A stretch of DNA of 64,000 bases from Gekko japonicus (taxonomy: Eukaryota). The stretch is from NCBI RefSeq assembly GCF_001447785.1, contig NW_015167598.1, positions 1 through 64,000 on the forward strand. The letters are read 5' to 3'. Shown piece after piece: positions 51,090 to 64,000 of this stretch. Position numbers and translations under genes: made by a program. Numbering within the stretch: the first letter of the stretch is position 1; every line of letters begins with the position of its first letter. A model generated the notes under the pieces. That model worked only from the letters and a program-made list of their open reading frames with translations, made no database searches and was not told the origin of the DNA.

Positions 51090-51846
51090 AAAGAAAATCA
51101 CTTCAGTAGGTAATTTATTTCCAATGTGTACCAAGAGTTGGGGGGTGGGTGAGATCAGGTGAGGCAGTTCTGAGGGTTTTAAAGGGAAATGCATATAAAT
51201 TGTTGGCTCGCTTTCTTCAAAAAGGCACAACTTCAGCAGCAGTAAAGTCTGTAAACAAAAATTTTACTGAAATAATTCAATAACACAGATACGAGCTTCT
51301 CTTTAAAGTGTAAAGCTAATGGCATACACAAGATGGACAGACCCTTTCCCCCAAGACTAATATGGATACAATAAATATGGAGTTTTACATACTCAATCTG
51401 TACACACAAACTTTGCCCCACAGCCATAAAAATTTACATTTAACAGTGCAACATATAATTTAATCATTTATTTCATCTGACATAAGTTTTCTTTTACTTA
51501 CGAAACACAAGAAACTACTTAGGTTTTAATATACATATAATATATATCTTTTTTGACAATCTGTACACCTTTCTAAACATAAAACTCCAAAAAAAGGCAC
51601 AATTGTCTATACAACATGTACAAAAAATGGCCGGAGCTGACAAGAAACAACAATTATTGGTCAAAAGTTCATGATTGCACAAAGATTAGTAATGAGTTTG
51701 TGTCAGAAAAAAATGTGCTTTAAGTAAAAGGGAGGTTTGCAAAGAAACCTAGTAAGTGTTACTTTAAAAAAAATAAAAATAAAACACACACACACACGCG
51801 CGCGCACGCACACACACGCACAACCCAAGAGAAAACCAAAAAAACC
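51090..51846 (-). other. HIVEP1: HIVEP1 3'UTR with candidate polyA signal
   Basis: AT-rich and nearly free of interspersed repeats after the stop codon. AATAAA on the minus strand at 51114-51119 is followed by a U-rich tract; another AATAAA lies near 51466. The end point is approximate. Confidence 0.6.
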
Positions 51847-53016
51847 CTAGGTTGCTATTACAAGTCTGTCCTCGTCATCGCTGCTGTCACTAAACTCCAC
51901 AGTATTCTGTCGCTCAGGCAACCCTTTTCGCCTAAGTGCTTGTCTATCTGGAGAGACAGTTCTTGGGGAACGGGATAAAACGTCAGAATTCACCTTCATG
52001 GGAGGCTCTGATACCGAAGCCTGTTCGACCCGAACAGAATTGATATTGCACTTTGGTTTTATATGACTCTCTGAGTCAGGCTTTTCTGGGTCCAGTTTAT
52101 CCGAGCTATTGCGTCGTTGGTATTCACTTGAAGAAGTGGGTTCGGACAGGTTTTCCACTTTGTACCGCTGGCTGGCAGGTGCCACCTGAGGAGACTGAGC
52201 GCTGGAGATCTGGCCGGAATCGTCGACGACAAAACTGGCAGGATGCCGTTCCTGGTGAGTTTCGCAGGCCTTGCTACTGGAAGCTGGTGTTTCTGCGAGG
52301 CCCTGCCCCTCTGCGGCTATGGGGCTGACCGAAGGAATTAAAGTCGGCAGTGCTATGTTCAGTATCTGTAGACCTGGAATGTGTGCCTGGGGGCTGGGGG
52401 TGCTCTGAGAGGGAGGGTTCGCAGTCAAAACTTGTAGCCCTACCGCGTTTAGGGTTAACCCTGAAGGGTGTATTTGCGGAGCGATGTTGGTGTTTGTCAG
52501 CCCTAAGATGTTCACCGTCTCCATGCTCAGAGATGGAAGAGGCTGCAGGGGCGGCGCACTCAAGTTCTGGATACCTGGCATGTTTATTTGGCCAATGGGG
52601 ATGCAGGGCACAACACTGTTCACTTCAGCAACACCAAGATGATTTGCAGCGCTGGAGACTGCACAGGCTGGGTCGCCAAGAGCACTTGTAGTTCTGTGGA
52701 TCACACTAACAGCAGGGATAGTGAGTTGTACTGGTCCAGCCTGAATAGGAAGAAATGTCGAGTACGTGGCCAAGCCAGCAGGTACCACGTGGATCCCTCC
52801 AACAGGAATCATGCCGTAAGGGGTCTTGGCTTGTTGCTGCGAGTGCAAAGGGAGGTGGCTAAAGAGGTGGGCCTGGGGAGGCGCCGCATTTATGGTCTGT
52901 TGCTGATGCTTCTGCTCTAGGAGCTCTGGGTAAGGTGAGGCCACCGAAGGAGCCACTGTTGTGGTCTGTGTGCTCCGGTCCACAGGTGGGGAAGGAAGTC
53001 TGGTACAGGTTGTGCT
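51847..53016 (-). CDS. HIVEP1: HIVEP1 (ZNF40/Schnurri-1) final coding exon
   Basis: The ORF contains HLFSHLPLHSQQQ..TPY.M.PVGGIHVVPAGL and ends SDSSDDEDRLVIAT*, matching the vertebrate HIVEP1 C-terminus as I recall it. A polypyrimidine tract plus TAG acceptor lies at 53017-53050; phase 0, in frame with the upstream exon. Confidence 0.95.
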   Translation of the reverse strand, partial: STTCTRLPSPPVDRSTQTTTVAPSVASPYPELLEQKHQQQTINAAPPQAHLFSHLPLHSQQQAKTPYGMIPVGGIHVVPAGLATYSTFLPIQAGPVQLTIPAVSVIHRTTSALGDPACAVSSAANHLGVAEVNSVVPCIPIGQINMPGIQNLSAPPLQPLPSLSMETVNILGLTNTNIAPQIHPSGLTLNAVGLQVLTANPPSQSTPSPQAHIPGLQILNIALPTLIPSVSPIAAEGQGLAETPASSSKACETHQERHPASFVVDDSGQISSAQSPQVAPASQRYKVENLSEPTSSSEYQRRNSSDKLDPEKPDSESHIKPKCNINSVRVEQASVSEPPMKVNSDVLSRSPRTVSPDRQALRRKGLPERQNTVEFSDSSDDEDRLVIAT

Positions 53017-53099
53017 CTAGTGCAATAAAAGAACAAAAAACAGAAAAAGCAGCAGTGAGGCTCAAAATTCTCTAGAGTTTCTTAAAAACATACGACAAG

Positions 53100-53506
53100 C
53101 AGAGGTCATTTCGGGGGGGATTGCAGTTCCCCCGGGTGAGGTACGGGGGGTGGGGCACATGACGAAGCCCCGCCCCCTGCTTCTGGCCGCCCCGCTTCCG
53201 GCCCTCATTCAGCCAGGAGGAGGCAGGAGAAGAGGGAGGGTAAGTTGCTTCCTCCCTGCCTCTCCCCACCCCTGCCTGCCTGGGGCCAGGGAGGGCCTTC
53301 GCGGGGCTTCCTTGCACTCCCGCCGGCCTTGCAGGTCCACCGCCGGGCCCCTCATGGGGCTCGGCAGTGGAGCTGCAAGGCTGGCGGCGGTGGCCGGGAC
53401 CGTTGGGGCTGGGGGGTGTGGCCTTATGACACACTTCCGGTGATGTCAGGGGGTGTGGCATATGCTAATGAGTTACCCTAGCTCTTTTTCTACAAAACAA
53501 CCCCTG
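53100..53506. mobile_element. hAT MITE close to the last HIVEP1 acceptor
   Basis: TIR cagaggtcatttc/aaaacaacccctg and 8-bp TSD acgacaag. Confidence 0.85.
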
Positions 53507-53771
53507 ACGACAAGCCTACGCCAAAGGAGAGCTGGGTCTGTGTGCTGGATTTCACCTTACAGTGGGAAAGGTAGAGTTGCCAACTCCAGGTTGGGAAATA
53601 GCTTGAGATTTTGGGAGTCGAGCCTAAGGAGGGAGGGGTTGGGGAGGGGAGGGGACTTCAATGGGTTATAATGCCACAGAGTCCACCTTCCAAAGTGGCC
53701 ATTTTCTTCAGATGAACGGATCTCTATCACTTGGAGATTAGCTGTAATCCCAGCTCAGCTACCGCCTAGAG

Positions 53772-54135
53772 CAGGGGTGTCAAACATAAGGCCCGGGGGC
53801 CAGAACCAGCCTGTCCAAGGCTCTCATCCAGCCCGTGAGCAACTGGTGCAAGGGAGAAAACGGGAGGCCGCTCAGGGGTGAGCGAGTAGCAGAGCCACTA
53901 TGACTGTGGTTTCAGCACAGCAGAACGACCTTATTTTAAGCAGTGAAGCAGAACCCCTTCGCTTCGTGGGGCCTTGCAGAGGGGACACACCAACTCAGAG
54001 GTTACCAGCTGCCATCCTTTATAAAGTTATATCTCTGGTACCTGGCATTACGTTTTATGGCACACATGGCCCGGCCCGACAAAGTCACATTTATGTCAGA
54101 TCCAGCCCTTGTAAAAAATGAGTTCGACACCTCGG
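53772..54135. mobile_element. hAT (Charlie-like) MITE
   Basis: TIR caggggtgtcaaac/gttcgacacctcgg and TSD gcctagag. Confidence 0.85.
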
Positions 54136-54870
54136 GCCTAGAGACTGGCCATGAACACTGCTTGGGAACAGATGGGCAGCCAATGCAGATTTTTCAGAAA
54201 GGGGATGGTATGGTCCCCCAGCCCCCTGGAACCAACCCCTGACATGGGGCTGCTGCATTCTGGACCAGCTAAAGCTTCCAGATCATTCCCAAGGGCAGCC
54301 TCAGGCAGAGCGCATTTTAGTAATCTAACTTGGATGTGATCAGAACATGGATCACCATGGCCAGATCACGCTTTTCAGTGAACAGCCACAGCTGGTGTAT
54401 CGACAAAAGCTGATAAAAAAGTGCTACGTGGGTGCCAGAGAGGAGACCTGACCTTTTCTCCCCCCCAAACAAAAAGCAATTTGTTAATGCTTTCTCATAA
54501 AAATATATTACAATAGATCAGTTTCAGTGCTCCTGTTCTCCTGGGTCACGTGGATGTGCAGAGTATGTTGAAAACATGACCACACCATAAGGAGTCCCAT
54601 GCAACTTCTATTGCTAGCTGCGGCAAATGTCAGGGACTCTTTATAGTGCTAGCCATGAGGAAATCCTGCTAGCAAGCATAGGTCCATCAGGCTGGATTAA
54701 GCCTTTCCTTTGCTTGTACCTACAGGCAAATTACAATCACGTACACCCTGCAGTGAAGAATTACTTGCCCATCACAGAAGGATATTTATTTGAAAAATAA
54801 AGCCCAAGAATTTCAGTACGCTGGTGGCTCATACCTAATGTGCTATAGAAGTCTAATCTAATTAATTAGA

Positions 54871-55038
54871 ACAAAGTTAGAGTCCAGTGGCACCTTTAAG
54901 ACCAACACAGTTTTATTCAAGGTGGGAGCTTTCGTGTGCAAGGCACACTTTGTCACTTTGAATAAAACTGTGTTGGTCTTAAAGGTGCCGCTGGACCTTT
55001 GTTCTGTTGCTTCAGGCCAACATGGCCGCCCACTTTGA
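54871..55038. mobile_element. Palindromic Penelope-like remnant
   Basis: Inverted arms; flanking direct repeat tctaattaattaga. Confidence 0.75.
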
Positions 55039-55045
55039 TCTAATT

Positions 55046-55291
55046 AATTAGAGTGCAACTTATTTTTAAGCACTGGAAGCATCACCGAAATCTTTCCAAA
55101 GCAGTGTGCTTGCGAATCCTAGCCAAGGACACTGAAAGCAATTGTTCAGCCAAGAAAGTTTTGCCCTCTTTCTCAATTAGAGTGCAACTTATTTTTAAGC
55201 ATCACTGAAATCTTTCCAAAGCAGTGTGCTTACGAATCCTAGCCAAGGACACTGAAAGCAACTGTTCAGCCAAGAAAGTTTTGCCCTCTTT
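55046..55291 (+). repeat. ~130-bp tandem duplication in the HIVEP1 last intron
   Basis: aattagagtgcaac...ttttgccctcttt occurs twice. Confidence 0.92.
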
Positions 55292-55328
55292 CCCCGCACC
55301 CCGATTCTGGAAAACTGAATCCATTCAC

Positions 55329-55831
55329 CTTGGAAACCGCTGTAGTAATGACAGTAGCACCAGCAGAAGTTCCTAACGCTCCCTCTGGATCTGGGTAGTC
55401 CACATACATGTGATGGGATGGAGACCTGGGAACAGCCGCTGTGTCTGTTTCCTGGACTTCTGTGTGGCCTTCGCTTGATTCATGGGGTACAGCTGCCCCT
55501 GGTGGCCCTGAGCCACCGCCTTCTGACGGGGCCGAACTAAGTACTGTCATCTTGGTGAGAAGTGCTTTTGGCAGGCTATCCATAGAGTCCGTGTGAACAC
55601 CAGCAAAGCAATCAGTGATTCTGGTATCTTCATCAGTGCTTGAGGCCTCCTGGGAAACGTTTCTAGAGGGATGATGCTGTGGGCTGGCTGAAACCGAGGG
55701 AGTGGCCGATAAAACCGATTCTGCTTGGCTGTCTTCATCCTCCTCCTCGTTGTCATTGTCGTCGTCATCGGGGACGTCCGAATCCTCTGCGTCAAATCCA
55801 GACCGATCGTAGCCCAACCGTTGCTTCTCAC
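55329..55831 (-). CDS. HIVEP1: HIVEP1 penultimate coding exon (acidic region after the second zinc-finger pair)
   Basis: Encodes EKQRLGYDRSGFDAEDSD..DDDDNDNEEEDEDSQAESVLSATPSVSASPQH..DTRITDCFAGVHTD. Acceptor ttcttcctAG at 55832-55833 and donor AAG|GTGAAT at 55328. Length 503 nt, phase 1 in and phase 0 out. Confidence 0.93.
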
Positions 55832-56069
55832 CTAGGAAGAAAGAAAATGATAAGTGCCTAATCTGCGAGCATCCCACATCACAGAGAAAGCGATGATGCA
55901 ATACCGGTGCTATGAACAGAATTTAGTTGTAGTCTTTCGTTTCACAGAGGGCACGCAAGACATCATTGTTTCAACATGTTACAGTTCATGTTCCCCTCTG
56001 GAACACTTAACTACATTTACTTCTTTCCTTTCTTCGATCATGGATCTCAAGATGACTTACATAGGTTTA

Positions 56070-56630
56070 GGTGGGTAGTAGCTGTGTTGGTCCGAAGCAA
56101 CAGAAACAAAGTCTGCGTCCGGTGGCACCTTTAACACCAACAAAGTTTAATTCTGGGTACAAGCTTTCATGTACATGCACACAAAAGCTTACCCCTAGAA
56201 TTAAACTTTGCTGGTCTTAAAGGTGCCACTGGACCAGGCATGTAGCTACGATGGGGCATTTTGGGGCCATGCCCCCTCACCCGTTAGCCACACCCCACTG
56301 TGCTTTAGCCCAACACTCCAATGCCTCACAGCCCCCGCTGCTGCCTCGCCCATCCTCCGTGCCACCCACAGGGCCACGCACCCCATCTAAAGTGCAGCCG
56401 GCGGGCCAGACACAGGGAAGGAGGAGATGCACCAGCTGCAAGCATCAAAGAGGCACCAGGGGGAAACCAGCAAGCTCATGCCTCTCCGACAGTCGGAAAG
56501 GTAGGGGGAAGTCTTCTTCCGGCTTCCTTCTTCTCTCTCTCCCCTGACCCCCCAGCCCCCAGATTTCTCAAAGCCCCACCACCCAAAATTTTCTAGCTAC
56601 ATCCCTGCACTAGACTCATATTTTGTTCTG
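56070..56630. mobile_element. Penelope-like palindrome interrupted by a hAT MITE (56235-56607)
   Basis: MITE TIR caggcatgtagcta/tagctacatccctg with TSD cactggac/cactagac. Confidence 0.78.
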
Positions 56631-57390
56631 TTACATAAGTTTATTTGCCATCCATGCACAATCAAGACCCAGGTCTGTTTAGATTTAAGCCACAAGCGAG
56701 CCATTGGAAAAGTAGCATATGCATTTTCTGAATATGCATATAAATGTTTCGAACAAATGAAATTGCCCTATCATGAGCCTTCCAAACCACACCCAAGGTT
56801 TTCCATCACGTCGATGCTTTCTTTTCCACTTGTGTTTGAGAAAGCTTTTTTAAAAATAAAATAAAGACATCTTATTTACAGAAAAGGAGATGTAAGAACC
56901 AAATCATTCATGCAGGTATAAGATATGATACTGCACTCCTAGATTCCATTACCACTTCAGATTGCAGTGGGAAAAGGGCAGGGTGTTCAAATGCTTCCCA
57001 CTTTCTCATCTTGAAAAAAAAAAGCTTTATTTTAGCTTTTTCCAAGCCGCGGTAGCTATCCACAGTTGATAAATTGATAATAACTCTAAAGGAGATCATA
57101 TATGAAAGAAGGCAGAGATGTTTTTATGCACTTAACAACGGTATGTCGTATAACAGATACAAAACAGTATGATGTATATTTAGTAATACATTTCCATACA
57201 GAAGCGAATTCTCAGCAAGAGTCCTAAAACTGTATTAATGTGAATCTGTATCCAACACCAGTTCACCTATTAAGCCATGATGGCAGTGGTGTAAGGCTCT
57301 CCTCTCCACCAAGCAGACTGCATGAACTGGGCACATGTACAGAGGCCCCAGTATGAATGGTCTTCCTCTGCATTACAGAAGGGGAAGATC

Positions 57391-57661
57391 TAGGGTTGCC
57401 AGGTTCCTACCTGGCATCTAATGGGGGCTGGAAGCTCCGTGTCCGGTACCATAGAGTTTTAATGCCAAATGCTAGAGCGTCCCCCGACAACGTGCCCGGT
57501 GCGATGACATCATTTCTGGGTGACGTCATTACACCGGGCATGTCAGCCCGATTCTGGCACTATGGGGGCAGGGTTCCCCCGGCGGCCATATCCAGGCTGG
57601 CGGGTTGGGGGCCTCCAGAGCAGGCAAACCCCTGCCCCTTCCGGGGGACCTGGCAGCCCTA
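57391..57661. mobile_element. TAGGGTTGCC-family hAT MITE
   Basis: TIRs and TSD ggaagatc. Confidence 0.88.
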
Positions 57662-59251
57662 GGAAGATCATGTAGGAAGATGTTCACTTTTCCAGGGGAC
57701 CTGGAAGATCATGTAGGAAGATCATGTAGGAAGATGTTCACTTGAAGGGCCCAGAGCACACTTCTGGCCACTTGGGGAAGGAAAGGAGTTTGCACTGCTC
57801 TTCCACTAAGCTATTTAAGCATTGCCCTGGCCTGGGATTGAGATATCCAGCCGAACTGACTTTTTAATATTGATCTTTGTTTACTGGTTTCAAACACCTG
57901 AACCTTGCTAAACGTGCTCATTAACTACTTGGAGAGGTTGCAGATTTTCTATTCTACTTTACTTGTATAATTCATCGAACCATCTGAACTCTAATCTGCC
58001 TCTCAAAATCCATTGTTTTAATAGCAGAATAGTTATATAAATTACTAAGGAAAGCAAAAATGTGCACTTCGATCCCACGGAAGAGAGCCATTAAGTCACG
58101 CTCTCATGCCCAAGAACGGATAACCCATGGACACAAGCTTACCATTAAGTGGGAAGAGAATCAAGTATGGTCTTAACATTCTCACTGAAATCAGTAGGAT
58201 TTAAATCTTATTAGCTTTTGGCTGGATTGTTTGGGTAGGGGGAAAGGCAAAGTTAAAACATTACAGTCCAGTCTGCACAATGCTCAACTGCTGATGGTGT
58301 GAACTTCCAGGAAAATGGGAACTAATACCCGTCTCTCTTAAAGCTTTTTAAAGTTGAAAACCTCACTTTGTCGAAGAACCCTGAATACCTTATTCAACCT
58401 GAAAGTTTTATTTCAGCTCTCACTTGCTAAGAGCAAGAAGTGATCAGCTAATATTGCACAGCAACTACTCACAAAAACTATTCTGGTGAACGAATGCCCC
58501 CCCCCCCAAATAAATCCTTTAGAAGATCCCAAAATAAGAGGATAGACAGAGGAGAGAGACAGCCTATGTATGTTTTTCTAAAAGTGTTCCAGGTGGCAAA
58601 CCAGGAAACACTGTTCTGTCTAGAACAGCCCGTCATCCACAGTTTCACAGGAGATATTTAACAGGTGTTTAAGGTTAATGATGGGCTTGCGATATGCCTT
58701 TTTATTTTTTTTCCTGGCCAGTCTTATCCTGCAACTCCTACTTGATTCAGATTTATTTTCAAGCATCCTCCACCTCCTGCACCTGTGCAGTCAGCATTCA
58801 GTAGCAGGCGCAGGCTCAGACTGTGATTACTTTAACCTTTTTAACTCAATCCTGATAAGAAACTGCTGTTCCTTCCAGATGACTGAAATCGACTTGATGT
58901 TTTAAAAAGTGGCACTGAAATTTGGCTCTCTTTGAAGTTGGGCAATCTAAAACCACCCATTAAAGAAGCAACACGGTTTTGGCTAAGTACAGAGGACAGA
59001 CAACCGCCTGGGACCCCTGGAGAGCTGCTGCCAGTCTGAGTAGACAATACTAACTGGGATGGACCAATGATCCGATTCGGTATATGGCAGCTTTGTGTGT
59101 GTGTTCCAAGCAACAATCCGTACATCACTCACTGTCATAATAAACCAAATAGCTGTGTTAGACTGCTGCAGGAGATTGAAACAGAAATCAAGCGGCAACT
59201 TAAAAGACTAACAAAGTTTATTCCAGCATAACGATGTTTGCTTTAGAAAGC

Positions 59252-59578
59252 TTAAAGGTAAAGGTTCCCTTGCTTGAAAGCCAGTCGAATCCGACTCTAG
59301 GGTTGCGGTGCTCATCTCCGTTTCAAAGCCGAAGAGCCAGCGCTGTCCGAAGACGTTTCCGTGGTCATGTGGCCGGCATGACTAAACACCAAGGCGCACA
59401 GAACGCTGTTACCTTCCCACCAAAGTGGTACCTATTTATCTACTTGCAATTTCTTGCTTTCGAACTGCTAGGTTGGCAGGAGCTGGAACTAGAGACGGGA
59501 GCTCACTCCGTCATGCGGTAACTCGGGTCTTGAACTGCTGAACTACCGGCCTTCCACAGCCTGCAGAGTTCAGCGTCT
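59252..59578 (-). mobile_element. Sauria SINE inside a Penelope-like palindrome (59150-59615)
   Basis: Consensus match; flanks carry aagcggcaacttaaaagactaac / gttaatctttaaggtgccactt arms. Confidence 0.85.
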
Positions 59579-60687
59579 GTTAATCTTTAAGGTGCCACTT
59601 GATTTCCGTTTCTCTTTGTTGTCATAAACAGAGCTTAATTTGAGGGGAAACAGATAGCAGTAACAAATTACAACCAGTGCTCAAACTGGCTGAAAAGATG
59701 TCTGGGTGTTATTCCACGCAGCAACTAACACTGTGATTTACTGAGTGAAAAAACCAAACCCAATGCAAATCCAAAATGACCCTTAAATATATTATTAACT
59801 ATTAGTATCAGAAAACCCTTGATTCTGAAAAGAAAAATTCTGAATATAATGATAATCCTATCCAGTCATCAATGGCACGAAGCAGTACAGCTCTCATCTA
59901 GCTGCAGGTGTTTCCACCAATGTCTATAATAAGCTGTTAATAATAGTGCTGGAGGCATTCTCAGCCCTTTCTTCCTCTTTTATTGCCAAAATACCTTTTT
60001 GAACAGCATTTAACAGCGTCTGTTCAACACCATCAACAAAACATTAGCAACAAATGCATTTCAGATTAAGAGACAAACTACGATCATGTACACATACACA
60101 CTTGATCAACTCCGTAATGCTTTTCTCACGATTTCCCATGTAGTTTAGCTGGGTTTGGGAACACTGGGTTCTTTAGGAAATATCTGACTAGCTCAAGAAA
60201 TTGTAAAGATAAAGATATCTTTAAAGTGGGGGGAATAATCTGGGAAATGGTGTCTGATGGCTCTATTTTATATATCCATTTAAAGGAATTAAGCCTAACA
60301 CTGCTTATGGAATATTTTCAGGGGCAGGAAATGTAAAATGCAAGGACCATGACTGATTTCGCTCTCATTTGGCAAAAGAAATGCAGGAATTGTAGAAAGG
60401 AATAACTGCAGACAGATTTTCAACAGAAGGAAAAAAAAAGTTAATTCTTCGAGTTACTGGGACTATCAGGCACTGGAGCACTTAGACCACATATAAACAA
60501 ACAAGCTGTAAGGAAACATCTTAGATGTTATCATTCTGTCCCATTAAATGTGTATATTTTGAGCATGTGGGCAGCTACCTATACATTCTTATGTTCAAAA
60601 CCTAGCACACTTCCAGGTGCTTCTGTAAGTGGTGGGACTGGTTGTGATGATACATTTCCAGAGAAGCAAGTCCATGGAAATGGAGTA

Positions 60688-61038
60688 AGGTAAAGGTAAA
60701 GGTTCCCTTGGTCGAAAGCCAGTCGAATCCGACTCTAGGGTTGCGGTGCTCATCTCCGTTTCAAAGCCGAAGAGCCAGCGCTGTCCGAAGATGTTTCCGT
60801 GGTCATGTGGTCGGCATGACTAAACACCAAGGCGCACGGAACACTGTTCCCTTCCCACCGAAGTGGTACCTATTTATCTACTTTCAATTTCTTGCTTTCG
60901 AACGGCTAGGTTGGCAGGAGCTGGAACTAGAGATTGGAGCTCACTCCATCATGCGGCACCCGGGTCTCGAACTGCTGAACTACTGACCTTCCACAGCCTG
61001 CAGTTCAGCGTCTTAACTACTTGAGCCACCGCAGCTCC
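60688..61038 (-). mobile_element. Sauria SINE, full length
   Basis: 13-bp TSD tggaaatggagta. Confidence 0.92.
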
Positions 61039-61272
61039 TGGAAATGGAGTAGGTAGTTGTAAAAGTCTCCTTAGCAATAACAACTGCAACGGAGGACTCC
61101 TTCCATTACTAGCGATGGAGTAAATGCCAAATGCCACTAACTGCAAATCACAAGGTATCATAACCAGTAATATGTGAGTGTATTTTAAAAATCAGGGATC
61201 AGTTTTCTTCCTTATGTGTGAGATCAGACCACCACATGGATCACTTTGCAACTAATATTCATATGGGAAACA

Positions 61273-62254
61273 GGCCCCGGTCACATGGCAAAGTTATTGT
61301 GGGAGAGGCACGGATAGAGATGTGAAGGCCCAGAAAAAACCAGAAAAATTCGGGGGAAAAACGTTTTTTTCCCGAAGCCTTTTTGTTTTTTTCCGAAAAA
61401 TTGGAAAAACTGAAAAAAGAAAAGAAAATTGATTATGGAACGTTTTATTTTAACATGATGAATAAAATATTTTAAGACAAGGTGTTCAAATATTTTGCAA
61501 ATCATTTCTAAAATATATATATATGGTATCAGATTGATCTAATTTCTGTGCACTGAGGATAAGCAAGTCCTAGGTTACAAACTGAACTCTCCAATGCAAG
61601 AACAAGATGCATTCCTTCTTTTAGGAGGTGCGATTGTCACAAGAAAAGAAAAAGGTTTCAGTTTTGTTTTTGCATGTGGGTGGGTATTCTGTTTGTAATA
61701 ATGGTTTGGATACACTATATTTTTAATATGCTAGTTGTGATAATTTCATGCCAAGTAAAAATGTCCATAGTCATATTTTATGTTCCTAAAGTAACAGAAT
61801 GACTTTCAATCTAGAAAAGACAAAAGAAATGCTAATGTAGCATTTTTTTCAATTTTTCCGAAAATTTCCGTTTTCTCCGGGGGGGAAAAAACCCGAGCTT
61901 CAAAATTTCCGGAAATTTTACATCTCTAGGCACAGATGGTGGGCGGATTATCAGGGTGCGATCACACCCCAACATCTGGGAAGTGGAGCGCACCTGTGGC
62001 TTACTGCCAACAATGCGCTTTTAAAAACTAGTACCTCCAAGGTAAACGTTTGCCATGGGCTGCCTCCAGACGCCCGTGGTGTGATCGTGCCAGCGCGCAG
62101 CATTCCCCTCTGGTCCTTTGTTTACCCGCTGGTGCCGAGGGAAGGACCCGTGGTGTGCCGCCGGCACGCCTGATCGCGTAATCGCGCATCAAACTGTGCC
62201 GGGTCAATTAGCCACGCCTCCCCCCCACGATATCCGGCCTGTGTGACCGGGGCC
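61273..62254. mobile_element. Harbinger-like MITE hosting a hAT element
   Basis: TIR ggccccggtcacatgg/cctgtgtgaccggggcc. Confidence 0.8.
61315..61928. mobile_element. Non-autonomous hAT element, paralog of 6676-7230
   Basis: Same TIR; TSD ggcacgga/ggcacaga. Confidence 0.9.
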
Positions 62255-63167
62255 AGATTTCAACAGAATGCTATTTTCGTATATCTTCCTTTTGTGACCA
62301 CACCAGGAAATACTCAAGATTACACCTGTGCTTACCAGGTTCAATTTAAATGCATTTCCCTTTGGTTGCTGCAACCTCTCCTCTTCTTTATTGCCTCACA
62401 GGCTAACACTGACATCTGCTGGGAAAGCACGCCCTGGTAAAAACCCGAGAGCTTCAAGAGAAGAAAAGGAGCTTTGGTGTTTGCCCTGAAACGTTAGGCA
62501 AGCACAGGGCTTGCTGGCTGTCAAGTTTCTCCTCTTTTCCTTTTTACGGTGTCTAAAGAGCTGCTCAAACAACTCCCAGCTGGCAGAGAAAGACCCTCTG
62601 CAGAGACCTGCGCGGTGCAAATCAACTTAGCCACTGATAGAGAGGAGCAGCCAGTAAGTGGATGGAATCTCCCTGCAGAACCATCTCTGGGTGTGTGTGT
62701 GTGTGTGTCACAGCACGCGTTGCCAGCTGCTACTGCTGTTTGAAATAGCTACCCCTGCTAGCTTTCTATCCACATCCACGTTTAGCTACTGCTATTTTAT
62801 TGCTGCCTTTCTAGCTCTTTGAATTGTCCATTGGTCTAGTCATTATATAAGCTGCTCCAGAGGTAAGTTCTTGTTTAAGATTTCATAATATATCTTGTTG
62901 CTTAATTAACAACATAGTCAGGCAAAGAGAATTCCACGTGCACGTCTTTTTTCAGTATCAGGTCCAACCCACTCAAGAGGCCATAATGAGCCAAAAGCCA
63001 TTTTTTTTTAAAAAAAAAAACTGAACAAAATAAGCCATCAAAAGCTTTTCACCAGTGTTAATTGCTGTCGCCTGTCTTTGCCTGTGTCTGCCACCTTCTG
63101 GGCCCCAGTGCCCTCTTGAAGCTTTTCTTCCCCCTGTGCTACCACTTGCCCTCCAAAATCCTCTTGA

Positions 63168-63465
63168 GAGCCAGTTTGGTGTAGTGGTTAAGTGCGCGGA
63201 CTCTAATCTGGGAGAACCGGGCTTGATTCCCCACTCCTCCACTTGCACCTGGCTGGATGACCTTGGGCAAGCCGTAGCTCTGATAAGGAGCTGTTCTTGA
63301 AAAAGGGCAGTTTCTGTCAAGAGCTCTCTCAGCCCCACCCACCTCACAGGGTGTCTGTTGTGGGGAGGGGAAGGGAAAGGAGTTTGTAAGCCGCTCTGAG
63401 ACACCTTTCGGTAGTGAAGGGCGGGGCATAAATCCAATCTCTTCTTCTTCTTCTTCTCTTCTTCT
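63168..63465 (+). mobile_element. Squam3-like SINE
   Basis: Full-length consensus with CTT tail. Confidence 0.88.
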
Positions 63466-64000
63466 TGTTGGCCAGGACAACTGCCACCCATAGTCTGCCA
63501 GATGAAAGATCCCCATCAGCCAAGTTTCCACTGGCCGTTTCGTATCCTTCCCCCTTGCTGAAAATGCTGAAAAACTACACGTTATACATCTTCCACACTT
63601 CTTGTCACCTGTGCTGCCAATGTCATCAGTCACAGGGGAGAAAAGATGGTGGAACACACTGCCGCAATGGCTTTTGGAAGGCCATCCCCTTTCCCCAGAC
63701 TTGCCTAGCCCTAAGAAAAGGTTCAATAATCAGTGCAGAGGATGCTACAAGTTATAGTGGGGATCTCTAAAGGACCCAATGAGGGCTCTGGCTGTTCAGT
63801 TTGAAAGCCCCATCCTAAATCACCATTATAAGGAAATAAGTTCCACTGGTGAATGACCTTAGGCTGTAAGCCTAAAACACACTTTTACGGAAGTAAATTT
63901 CACTGGAACAAACAGGACTTTCTTCCAAATAAATGAACTTCTCCATTGGAGCGCCAATCACCTAATTAAGAGGAATTTACAATGGAAACTACAGCCAGTG

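Larger units (their letters stand above)
55832..64000 (-). other. HIVEP1: HIVEP1 intron (next upstream zinc-finger exon not seen in window)
   Basis: Lies upstream of the acceptor at 55832. I could not recognise a GNLTKHMKSKAH-type exon here. Confidence 0.6.

Noticed and set aside
62828-62868. ATTGG + TATATAA + GTAAGT as an antisense promoter or exon
   Set aside because: The donor lies ~13 nt after the TATA, before any plausible start site; probably chance.

Overview
This is eukaryotic, repeat-rich DNA. The repeat complement (Sauria SINE, Squam3-like SINE with (TTC)n tails, 5S-derived SINE, BovB, CR1, L2) points to a squamate, probably a gecko (inference). The only host gene I can support is the 3' end of HIVEP1 on the minus strand: the last two coding exons (55329-55831 and 51847-53016) plus an AT-rich 3'UTR. 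The rest is intron or downstream intergenic DNA packed with nested transposons: decayed Gypsy and DIRS elements, several solo LTRs with TSDs, hAT and Harbinger MITEs, and palindromic Penelope-derived elements carrying minimal hammerhead-ribozyme motifs. The most striking structure is a ~4 kb segmental duplication (18020-22000 vs ~24371-28018) with a near-perfect 436-bp x ~6.4 tandem array between and overlapping the copies; a 32-bp direct repeat bounds the unit. There are two assembly gaps and no prokaryotic or CRISPR features. I found no convincing novel protein-coding system. The best candidates for something undescribed are the ribozyme-bearing hairpin family, the macrosatellite/duplication, and an apparent SINE-targeting hAT MITE. 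All alignments were done by eye.
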